Shown here: piece after piece, positions 25,817 to 33,508 of the stretch
Numbering within the stretch: position 1 is the stretch's first letter
Layout of the letters: each line of letters begins with the position of its first letter
Origin: a virus
Lineage: Duplodnaviria > Caudoviricetes
IMG/VR virus record: IMGVR_UViG_3300032893_000048
Coordinates: 1-59,936 of that record
Length of the DNA stretch: 59,936 nt
Strand: one strand, 5' to 3'
Position numbers and translations under genes: made by a program
The notes under the pieces: model-generated
Told to the model about the DNA's origin: nothing
The model's input: the letters and a program-made list of their open reading frames with translations, nothing else
Databases searched by the model: none

Positions 25817-28555
25817 GTGGATATGTTTGTACAAATCACCAAGGTGGACGAGGCACGACGGGAGGTCTACGGTCGCGCGGTCCAGGAGGTCCCCGATAAG
25901 GCCGGGGAGATTTTTGACTATGCCACCAGTAAGCCCAACTTCGAGAAGTGGTCGGCTGATGTGGAGAAGGATTCCGGTGGCCGCTCACTGGGTAACGTGC
26001 GCTCCATGCATGGGAACGTCGCGGCTGGCAAGGTCATCAAGATCAACTTCAACGACGATGAGAAGGCCATCGACATCGGGGCCAGGATCGTCGACGACAA
26101 CGAGTGGCAGAAGGTGCTGGAGGGTGTCCACACCGGCTTCTCCATCGGCGGCAGCTACGGCAAGACCTGGCAGGACGGTAAGCTGAAGCGCTACACGGCC
26201 ATCCCCAGCGAGATCAGCTTGGTGGATCGTCCCTGCATTCCCACCGCCAAGTTCTTTCAGGTGGTGAAGATGGACGGCAGCACCGAGGACCGGGCATTCA
26301 TGGAGAAGGGCGATAAGCCCGGCCACGAGTTTCACGGGAATCAGTATAAGGAAAGTACTAATGCTGCCTTTGATGCCACTGCGAAAGCAAAAGAGGCATC
26401 TGCCAAAGCACACTCTGAAAAGACAGTAGAAGCGCATAAAGAGGCGATTACGGCTCATCGCGAGGCTAGCGAAGCTCATTATCAGGCGGCGAGGGTAAAC
26501 GCCTTGAGCACCGATAGACCACCTAAGGAGAAAGAGGCACGGGAAATTACTCACACCTCCCTGCGCCGTTATCACGACAGCGAAGTGGATAGCCATCAAG
26601 ATGCTATTCGCCGCATTGGAAAGACCGAATCCTCTGACGGCCTCGAAAAAGGTGACCATCCCGGTCATGAGTTCCATGGGAACCAGCACTCAGGTGGCGG
26701 CAGTGGTAAGGAAAGCGACGCCAACCGTGGACTTGCTCACAGCGCGGCTAGCAACCGCGCTGAGGCTGCCAGCGAGGCCGCGAAGAGCACCACGGGCAGC
26801 AATAAAGATAAGGCCCAAGCGCAATATCACGCGGCTACCGAGCACGCCAAGGCGAGCGCGGAGCACCGGGCCACGGGGAACCACGATAAGGCGGACTACC
26901 ACGCCCAGAAGGCGGCGGATCACGCCAAAGCAGGTAAGGACTATGAGCGCTCCGCTAAGAAAGCTGAGGAAGATGAGATGAATAAGGGCGACAAACCTGG
27001 GCATGAGTTCCATGGGAATCAGCATACCAAGGGCGCAGCAGGCGTGATCGATTCCAAGGACCACCTTAATTGGACTGGGAATCATGGTAAAGGTTCGCTT
27101 AAGGTGAGCGGCGACAAGATTACTTTGCAGGATTCTCACTATTCGCGTAGTAACGCTGAGCGTGCAGTGAGTGATGCAAAAAAGGATTGGAGTCCTGGTG
27201 GGATGTACCACTCCTATATGAAGGAACAAGGCTATGACGTATCACATGTCTCATCGAATATTGATGAGAAAGGTGATCGCTCTGTTGTATCACACACCAT
27301 TCGTGTAAATGGTCCAGCTGAAAAATCTGAGGAACCCGAAATGACGAAGTTGAGCGAGCAGGAGGTTTATGCCTCCGTGCAAAAGAGCATTATGGATGGC
27401 GCCATCACGCAGGACGACGTCCTTCGGGTACTGAGCAACCTGGCCAAGGGTAAGAAGGAAACCAAGGCATCCGATAAGGATGACGGCGAGGATGCCGACA
27501 AGCAGGACGATAAGAAGGATGATGAGGACGTCGATAAGAAGGACGACGCCGACAAGCAGGATGATGCTGATAAGAAGGACGATGCCGACAAGAAGGACGA
27601 CGGCAAGAAGGAAGGCGAGATCGAGAAGGTTGCGGCTCGCGACGACGTCGACCCCAAGGAGGGGAAGGAAAAGTACGGCGACGTCGAGTTCGCCGATGCC
27701 AAAAACAAGAAGTATCCGATCGACACGGAGGAGCATATCCGCGCCGCGTGGAACTACATCAACAAGGAGAAGAACGCGGGCAAATACGACGCCGAGGACC
27801 TGACCGCCATCAAAGCTAAGATCGTGAGCGCCTGGAAGTCCAAGATCGATAAGGAAGGTCCGCCCAGCGCCGCCGAGAAGAGTGAGGCCGTGACCCTGAA
27901 GAAGGGCATGTACACGGTCGCGGCGCTCGCCAACCTGCTGCAGCAAATTCGCAACATGGTGGACAACGTGAGCGCAGAGGCCGCAAGTGAGGGCGACAAC
28001 TCGACCCTGCCGGACCAGCTGATGAGCTGGCTGAAGTCGGGCGTGGATGTGCTCACGGACATGGTCGGTGAGGAAACGTCGGAGCTCGTGGGTGACGAGA
28101 ACGACGGGGACCTCCCGGTGCTGGCGATGAGCCAGGCCATCGGTGAACTTGCTAAGGCCGGCGCCCGCAACAGCAAGGCGGACCTTGACAAGCTCCAGCA
28201 GATGCATGACCTATGCAAGGACCTCGGGGCCAACTGCGGAGGCGGCATGGACAAGGCCGAGGGCGGTGACGCTCTCAACAAGGCACTGGGTCAGGTCAAC
28301 GAACTGAAGAAGACGGTTACCGAGCTCACCACCGCGCGTGATGAGCTCCAGAAGCGTGTTACTGAGTTGGAAGCGCAGCCTGAGGCACCGAAGGCCGTGC
28401 TGAAGAGCATCGACAAGGGCAGTGACATCCTCACTGCTGTTGATAGTGGAGATAAGGTTGAACCCATTACCAAGCGTGATGGTTCAGTTGACGAAACCGC
28501 CACGGCGTTCAAAAAGATTCTCGCCACCGGCGGTAAGCACATCTCGCGGATTTAA
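25817..28555 (+). CDS. Prohead protease (HK97/XkdF-like) plus tagged cargo modules, DUF6582-like domain and scaffold
   Basis: NVRSMH, GFSIGG, EISLVDRPC; FADAKNKKYPIDTEEHIRAAWNYI; C-terminal coiled coil; directly upstream of the capsid gene. Confidence 0.88.
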   Translation: MDMFVQITKVDEARREVYGRAVQEVPDKAGEIFDYATSKPNFEKWSADVEKDSGGRSLGNVRSMHGNVAAGKVIKINFNDDEKAIDIGARIVDDNEWQKVLEGVHTGFSIGGSYGKTWQDGKLKRYTAIPSEISLVDRPCIPTAKFFQVVKMDGSTEDRAFMEKGDKPGHEFHGNQYKESTNAAFDATAKAKEASAKAHSEKTVEAHKEAITAHREASEAHYQAARVNALSTDRPPKEKEAREITHTSLRRYHDSEVDSHQDAIRRIGKTESSDGLEKGDHPGHEFHGNQHSGGGSGKESDANRGLAHSAASNRAEAASEAAKSTTGSNKDKAQAQYHAATEHAKASAEHRATGNHDKADYHAQKAADHAKAGKDYERSAKKAEEDEMNKGDKPGHEFHGNQHTKGAAGVIDSKDHLNWTGNHGKGSLKVSGDKITLQDSHYSRSNAERAVSDAKKDWSPGGMYHSYMKEQGYDVSHVSSNIDEKGDRSVVSHTIRVNGPAEKSEEPEMTKLSEQEVYASVQKSIMDGAITQDDVLRVLSNLAKGKKETKASDKDDGEDADKQDDKKDDEDVDKKDDADKQDDADKKDDADKKDDGKKEGEIEKVAARDDVDPKEGKEKYGDVEFADAKNKKYPIDTEEHIRAAWNYINKEKNAGKYDAEDLTAIKAKIVSAWKSKIDKEGPPSAAEKSEAVTLKKGMYTVAALANLLQQIRNMVDNVSAEAASEGDNSTLPDQLMSWLKSGVDVLTDMVGEETSELVGDENDGDLPVLAMSQAIGELAKAGARNSKADLDKLQQMHDLCKDLGANCGGGMDKAEGGDALNKALGQVNELKKTVTELTTARDELQKRVTELEAQPEAPKAVLKSIDKGSDILTAVDSGDKVEPITKRDGSVDETATAFKKILATGGKHISRI
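26306..26347 (+). repeat. KGDKPGHEFHGNQY tag, copy 2
   Basis: Follows the protease domain. Confidence 0.9.
26648..26689 (+). repeat. KGDHPGHEFHGNQH tag, copy 3
   Basis: Seen in translation. Confidence 0.9.
26984..27025 (+). repeat. KGDKPGHEFHGNQH tag, copy 4
   Basis: Seen in translation. Confidence 0.9.
27470..27612 (+). repeat. Asp/Lys tandem repeat (DADKKD)n in the scaffold region
   Basis: DKKDDADKQDDADKKDDADKKDD; imperfect 18-nt DNA tandem. Confidence 0.85.
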
Positions 28556-28588
28556 CAACCGCGATCACAACGAAGGAGCTGCAGTAAG

Positions 28589-30103
28589 ATGAGCATGAAT
28601 GATACCACGAACGCCAGCCTGGACTTGATCCGTAAGTCCCAGGCATCTCCGGTGGACCTGGCCAAGTCGACGTTCTCACAGTCGGCCTCTGCCACCTCCG
28701 GTCTTACCTTCTACGACCTGGAGCCCGGTGCGAAGCTGCTGTACCCCGTGCTGACCCCGCTCCGCAACATCATCCCCCGCGTGAGCGGTAAGGGTGGCAT
28801 TCAGGCTTCGTGGCGCGCTGTGACCGCGATCAATAGCACCAACGTGGGTGCTGGTCTCGGTGCAGGCAACCGCGGTGGCGTGATCCCCGTCACCACGGCC
28901 GACTACATCGCGGCCTACCGTGGCCTGGGTCTGGAATCCAACGTCGACTTCGAGGCGGATTACGCGGCTCGCGGCTTCGATGACGTCAAGGCCCTGGCGG
29001 TGCAGTCGCTGCTCGAGTCTCTGATGATCCAGGAGGAGCACACGATCCTCGGTGGCAACGCCAGCCTGGCGCTAGGCACCTGCCCCACCCCCTCGGTGAC
29101 GGGTTCCACCTCCGGCGGCACCGTCTCCACCGGCACGACCCTGAGCGTGAAGTGCGTGGCGCTCACCTACGAGGGCTACTACCGCTCCAGCATCGCCAAC
29201 GGCGTGCCTGGTCAGATCACTCGTACGAACGCCGATGCGTCGACCGACACCTTCGGTGGCGGCACGTCGCAGGTCTCTGCGGCCGGTACGGGCACGGTCG
29301 GTTCCTCGGCCGGTTCCGCCACCGCGACGGTGACGGCGGTCAAGGGTGCCGTGGCCTACGCGTGGTACTGGGGTGCCTCCGGCTCCGAGAAGATCGGTGC
29401 CATCACCACCATCAACTCGGTGAGCATCACCGCGGACGCGGCCGGTACGCAGACCCCGGCGGCAGCTGGTTCCTTCAGCGGCCTGGCCTCGGATTACAGC
29501 CGCAACACGCTGATCTTCGATGGCCTTATTTCGCAGATTTGCACCTCCGGTTCCAACGCTTACTACAAGGCGCTGGCGACGGGCACGGCTGGTGTCGGCA
29601 CCCCGCTGACCTCTAACGGTGCGGGCGGCATCTCCGAGATCGACGCAGCCCTGAAGAGCTTCTGGGACAACTATCGTCTGTCTCCTGATACCATCTGGGT
29701 GAGCTCGCAGGAGCAGGGCAACATCTCGGCGAAGGTGCTGGCCACGACCTCCGGCAACCCGGGCGCCCAGCGCTTCGTGTTCTCGGCTGATCAGTCGAAG
29801 GTCGGCGGCGGTGTGATGGTCACCTCCTATCGCAACCCGTACTCCATGGACGGGGCGAAGGAGATTCCCATCAAGCTCCACCCGACGCTGCCTCCCGGCA
29901 CGATCATCTTCACCACCAACCGCTTGCCCTACCCCATGAGCAACGTGGCCAACGTGGTGCAGGTGCGCACGCGTCAGGAGTACTACCAGATCGAGTGGCC
30001 GCTTCGCTCGCGCAAGTACGAGTACGGCGTCTATTGCGACGAGGTGCTGCAGAACTACGCACCTTTTGCCTTCGGCGTCATCACCAACATCGCCAACGGC
30101 TAA
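28589..30103 (+). CDS. Major capsid protein
   Basis: Follows protease/scaffold; YDLEPGAKLLYPVLTPLRNIIPRV; ends FGVITNI; strong codon bias. Confidence 0.9.
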   Translation: MSMNDTTNASLDLIRKSQASPVDLAKSTFSQSASATSGLTFYDLEPGAKLLYPVLTPLRNIIPRVSGKGGIQASWRAVTAINSTNVGAGLGAGNRGGVIPVTTADYIAAYRGLGLESNVDFEADYAARGFDDVKALAVQSLLESLMIQEEHTILGGNASLALGTCPTPSVTGSTSGGTVSTGTTLSVKCVALTYEGYYRSSIANGVPGQITRTNADASTDTFGGGTSQVSAAGTGTVGSSAGSATATVTAVKGAVAYAWYWGASGSEKIGAITTINSVSITADAAGTQTPAAAGSFSGLASDYSRNTLIFDGLISQICTSGSNAYYKALATGTAGVGTPLTSNGAGGISEIDAALKSFWDNYRLSPDTIWVSSQEQGNISAKVLATTSGNPGAQRFVFSADQSKVGGGVMVTSYRNPYSMDGAKEIPIKLHPTLPPGTIIFTTNRLPYPMSNVANVVQVRTRQEYYQIEWPLRSRKYEYGVYCDEVLQNYAPFAFGVITNIANG

Positions 30104-30111
30104 CAACCTCA

Positions 30112-30137
30112 CGGGAGCCCAGAACACCGGGCTCCCG
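30112..30137 (+). terminator. Hairpin after the capsid gene
   Basis: cgggagccc-N8-gggctcccg; weak U-tract. Confidence 0.5.
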
Positions 30138-30153
30138 CCCTTAGGAGACTGAC

Positions 30154-30375
30154 ATGAAGATGAAGCATTCTGACCCCGACGTGACCGGCTTCAGCGCCGA
30201 GGAAACCGTGTATCCCGTCGAGGATGGTACGATCAATGTTCGTGAGGAGCATGTGGAGGCCGCGGTCGCCCACGGTTTCACTCCGGTGGTCGAGGAAACA
30301 ACCGACTCCGGCGACCTGGATGAGGAGGTCGAGGGCACCGAGGAGCAGCCTCGTCGGAAGAAGAAGGAGAAGTAA
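30154..30375 (+). CDS. Small acidic head-associated protein
   Basis: AGGAG RBS; Y.VE.G...V......A...G.TP motif shared with the next gene. Confidence 0.75.
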   Translation: MKMKHSDPDVTGFSAEETVYPVEDGTINVREEHVEAAVAHGFTPVVEETTDSGDLDEEVEGTEEQPRRKKKEK

Positions 30376-30376
30376 T

Positions 30377-30586
30377 ATGAAGCTCCATGCACCTAAGGGC
30401 TGTGACGGGGTGACCCTGATGGACATCTTCTACTCGGTGGACGCCCACGGCAACGTGGATGTGCCTGATGCGGTGGCAGCTGGCGCCATCGCGGCTGGCT
30501 ACGAGCCGGTGACCAGTGATGTTCAGTCGGCGCCCAGCCAGCCCGACAACACTCAGGAAATGCATGATGACCACGCCGCTGGTTGA
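30377..30586 (+). CDS. Small head-associated protein (paralog-like of the preceding gene)
   Basis: MKLHAPKG...YSVDAHGNVDVP...GYEP. Confidence 0.7.
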   Translation: MKLHAPKGCDGVTLMDIFYSVDAHGNVDVPDAVAAGAIAAGYEPVTSDVQSAPSQPDNTQEMHDDHAAG

Positions 30587-31142
30587 TCTTGCGACCTTGG
30601 ACGACGTCAAGGGCTACCTTGGCGTCAGCCAGGTGTCGGCGAATGATGATCCACTGCTGAAGCGCTTAATTACCTCAGCCTCGGCCTACATTCGCAACTA
30701 CACGACCAATGACATCACCACCCAGACGGTAACTGAATGGCGGAAGGGCAACGGCCGTACCAACATGGCCCTGCGGAATACACCAATCACAGATGTTGCG
30801 TCGGTGACAATCAATGGCATCAGCGTTCCAAATGCGATGGATGACGTCGAGTGGGCAACCGGCTACATCTACGACAGCAACTTTCTCTACCTTCGAGGAT
30901 TCATCTTCGAGAAAGGCATGCGGAACGTGAAGGTCGTATACACGGGCGGCTACGCGGACCCGCCAGTCGACATCGTTCAGGCCTGCTGTGAGATCGTGGC
31001 GCTGATCTACCGTCGTCGGAGCTGGATCGGTCAGTCCAGCAAGGGGATGGCAGGTGAGACCACGAGCTTCATCCAGAAGGAGGTTGCGCCGGAGACGTTG
31101 GCTACCCTGAAACGCTATAACACGGTGGTGCCTATCGTATGA
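30564..31142 (+). CDS. Head-tail adaptor (gp6/gp15-like)
   Basis: LATLDDVKGYL...DD.LL..LI..AS; NVKVVYTGGY...PVDIVQAC. Confidence 0.88.
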   Translation: MMTTPLVDLATLDDVKGYLGVSQVSANDDPLLKRLITSASAYIRNYTTNDITTQTVTEWRKGNGRTNMALRNTPITDVASVTINGISVPNAMDDVEWATGYIYDSNFLYLRGFIFEKGMRNVKVVYTGGYADPPVDIVQACCEIVALIYRRRSWIGQSSKGMAGETTSFIQKEVAPETLATLKRYNTVVPIV

Positions 31143-31603
31143 GCCGCATTGTTGGGACCATTGTCGGTGATAAGAACATCCTGAAGCAGTTCCAGGATGT
31201 TGTGGCCAATACCCGCACCCGGCTGGAGCAGACGGTGGCGGAGATCGGCCTTACGCTGCTGACGAAGGTCAAGGAGGAGAAGTTGTCTGGTACCCCCGCC
31301 AGCAAGATTCTCACCCGTGGGCCGAACAAGGGGAAGCGTCGCTATTACCGTGCCAGCAAGGACCTGCCCGGTGGTCAGCAGCTGTCGGTGATCACGGGTA
31401 ACCTGCGTCGGTCCATCAACATGCAGTTGACCAGCGATGAGACCAGCATCGTCGCCTCGGTTGGTGTGGGTAAGACGGCGCCGTATGGCAAGTACCATGA
31501 ATTTGGAACCAGCCGGCTGCCGGAGCGGTCATTTTTGCGATCGTCGCTCCAGGAGTTGGCTGATGACGCGCGAGCCAAGATTCTTGGCGCGGTGAGGAGG
31601 TAA
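31139..31603 (+). CDS. Neck/tail completion protein (HK97 gp10-like)
   Basis: TGNLRRSI...PYGKYHEFGT..LPERSFL. Confidence 0.85.
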   Translation: MSRIVGTIVGDKNILKQFQDVVANTRTRLEQTVAEIGLTLLTKVKEEKLSGTPASKILTRGPNKGKRRYYRASKDLPGGQQLSVITGNLRRSINMQLTSDETSIVASVGVGKTAPYGKYHEFGTSRLPERSFLRSSLQELADDARAKILGAVRR

Positions 31604-31604
31604 C

Positions 31605-32033
31605 ATGTACGTCGACCGTGAGCAAATCTACGACGCTTTGTTCCAGCTGATCGGGCAGGCGCCGGGGATCAACTTGAAGGCGCGCCGTCTGCGTCATTGG
31701 GCCGACGTGCCTGATTCTCAGCAGCCGGCGCTCTTCATGCTCCAGCGTAATGAAACTCCGTTGCAGGTGACCAACATGCCGCCGCGGTGGAAGCTCAACG
31801 TCGAGCTGTACCTTTATGCGAAGACGCAGGACATCAATGAGGCGCCGTCAGCCATTCTGAACCCCATCATTGATTATGTTGACCGGGCCCTGGCCCCAAT
31901 AAATGGAATGGAGAACCAAACTCTCGGCGGGTTGGTGCATTACTGCCGAATCAGTGGGGCTCTTCAAACTGACGAGGGGTTGCTTGGCGACCAGGCGGTT
32001 GTCATCATCCCAGTTGAAATCATGGTTCCTTAA
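31605..32033 (+). CDS. Tail terminator protein
   Basis: Position; REQIYDALF...QPAL...QTLGGLV. Confidence 0.75.
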   Translation: MYVDREQIYDALFQLIGQAPGINLKARRLRHWADVPDSQQPALFMLQRNETPLQVTNMPPRWKLNVELYLYAKTQDINEAPSAILNPIIDYVDRALAPINGMENQTLGGLVHYCRISGALQTDEGLLGDQAVVIIPVEIMVP

Positions 32034-32056
32034 CTTAAAGAGCAGGAGTAGTAAAA

Positions 32057-32833
32057 ATGCAAATCGGTTTCGCATCTGGTATCATCTGGGCACGTCCGAG
32101 CACGGACGTCACTGGTACCGCCATCGCCAACCCCACTGTGCAGAAGTTCGGCGCGTTGCAGGACATCTCGCTGGACATCAGCTTCGATACGAAGATGCTG
32201 TATGGCGGCTATCAGTTCCCCATCGATGTGGCGCGCGGTAAAGGCAAGGCCACCGCTAAGGCCAAGGCTGCCCTGGTCAACGGCAACCTGCTGAACGCGC
32301 TTGTGTTTGGCGGCACCACCAATGCCGGCACGGCGCTTTATGACTATCAGGATACCGCCGGCCTGCCAATCCCGGCGTCCAGCCCGTACACCCTGACCAT
32401 CGCGCCGCCGTCCACCGGCACCTTTGCGAAGGACTTGGGTGTGCGCAACGCCACCACGGGCCTGCCGCTGACCCGCGTGGCCACGCCCTCGGTAAGCGGA
32501 CAGTACTCGGTGAACGAGTCGACCGGTGTTTACACGTTCTACAGCACCGACGCGAATACCAAGGTCTACATCGATTACCGCTACTCGGCAACGATCACGA
32601 ATGCGCTTAACTTCGACATTAACAATCAGCCGATGGGCAACGCGCCGCGGTTCGGCATTGACCTGGCTATCCCGTATCAGGGTAAGCAACTTACCTTCTC
32701 GTTCCCGAATTGCATGTCGAACAAGTTGTCATTCGCAACGAAGTTGGATGACTACATGATTCCTGAGTTCGACATCGACATCTTCGCTGACCCCACCACT
32801 AACAAGTTTGGTACCGTCAGCACGGCCGAATAA
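32057..32833 (+). CDS. Major tail tube protein
   Basis: Position before chaperones and tape measure; FGALQDISLDISF...PIDVARGKGK. Confidence 0.85.
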   Translation: MQIGFASGIIWARPSTDVTGTAIANPTVQKFGALQDISLDISFDTKMLYGGYQFPIDVARGKGKATAKAKAALVNGNLLNALVFGGTTNAGTALYDYQDTAGLPIPASSPYTLTIAPPSTGTFAKDLGVRNATTGLPLTRVATPSVSGQYSVNESTGVYTFYSTDANTKVYIDYRYSATITNALNFDINNQPMGNAPRFGIDLAIPYQGKQLTFSFPNCMSNKLSFATKLDDYMIPEFDIDIFADPTTNKFGTVSTAE

Positions 32834-32888
32834 TAACTGCCCAACCGGCGCCGCCTCCATGGGGCGCCCCACAACTTAGGAGACGACA

Positions 32889-33305
32889 ATGGAAGAATAC
32901 CAAGTGGGATTTGAGGTCCCCGGACCTGCTGAGCCTACCTTGGACTCAGTGTACGTGGAAAAGGATAAGGTCCCCTTCGAGGGGGAGGAGGTCGTGATTG
33001 CCAAACGGGTGTGGGTGGTGCCACAGCTCAGCTTGAAGCAGGCCAAGACGATCCAGCCACGTGTCAACAGCATGCAGCAAGGGACCCTCCCGACCTTCCA
33101 GGTGATCGCTGAGGTGGTCTTTGCGGCATTGAAGCGTAACTACCCCAACCTGACCATGGACCTGGTCGAGGACCAGCTGCTCACGGTTGGCAACAGCATC
33201 AGCATCTTCCAACAGGTCATGCGAGTAGCGGGGTTCAAACAGGGGGAAGGGGCGGGGCAGCCGACAATGGCCCCATCGACTGGGACCACATCTACGCCCA
33301 CCTAA
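32889..33305 (+). CDS. Tail assembly chaperone (G)
   Basis: Between tube and tape measure genes; contains slippery GGGGGAA. Confidence 0.85.
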   Translation: MEEYQVGFEVPGPAEPTLDSVYVEKDKVPFEGEEVVIAKRVWVVPQLSLKQAKTIQPRVNSMQQGTLPTFQVIAEVVFAALKRNYPNLTMDLVEDQLLTVGNSISIFQQVMRVAGFKQGEGAGQPTMAPSTGTTSTPT

Positions 33306-33508
33306 TCACCATCACCGGATGGACGTGGGAGTATATTGATGAGTTCATGACCATCCCGCGGCTGGATGCGTTAATGAGTTACTGGAAGCAGCAACCTCCG
33401 ACCCATGCTCTGATGGCGGGGTATGTGGGGTATAAACCACCCTCAGAGTTCAAGATTGCGACTGAGGAAGAGTTGGCAGCATTCTTAACAGGATTTGGCA
33501 ATGTCTGA
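33242..33508 (+). CDS. Tail assembly chaperone -1 frameshift extension (GT)
   Basis: -1 frame open for 88 codons from G GGG GAA: GRGGAADNGPIDWDHIYAHL...GWTWEYID...YWKQQPPTH. Confidence 0.8.
   Translation, partial: GGRGGAADNGPIDWDHIYAHLITITGWTWEYIDEFMTIPRLDALMSYWKQQPPTHALMAGYVGYKPPSEFKIATEEELAAFLTGFGNV

Noticed and set aside
26306-27025. Regularly spaced repeats (about 340 bp apart) as a CRISPR array or DGR template/variable repeat
   Set aside because: The repeats vary at synonymous sites within an ORF, spacers are far too long, and no cas or reverse transcriptase genes were seen
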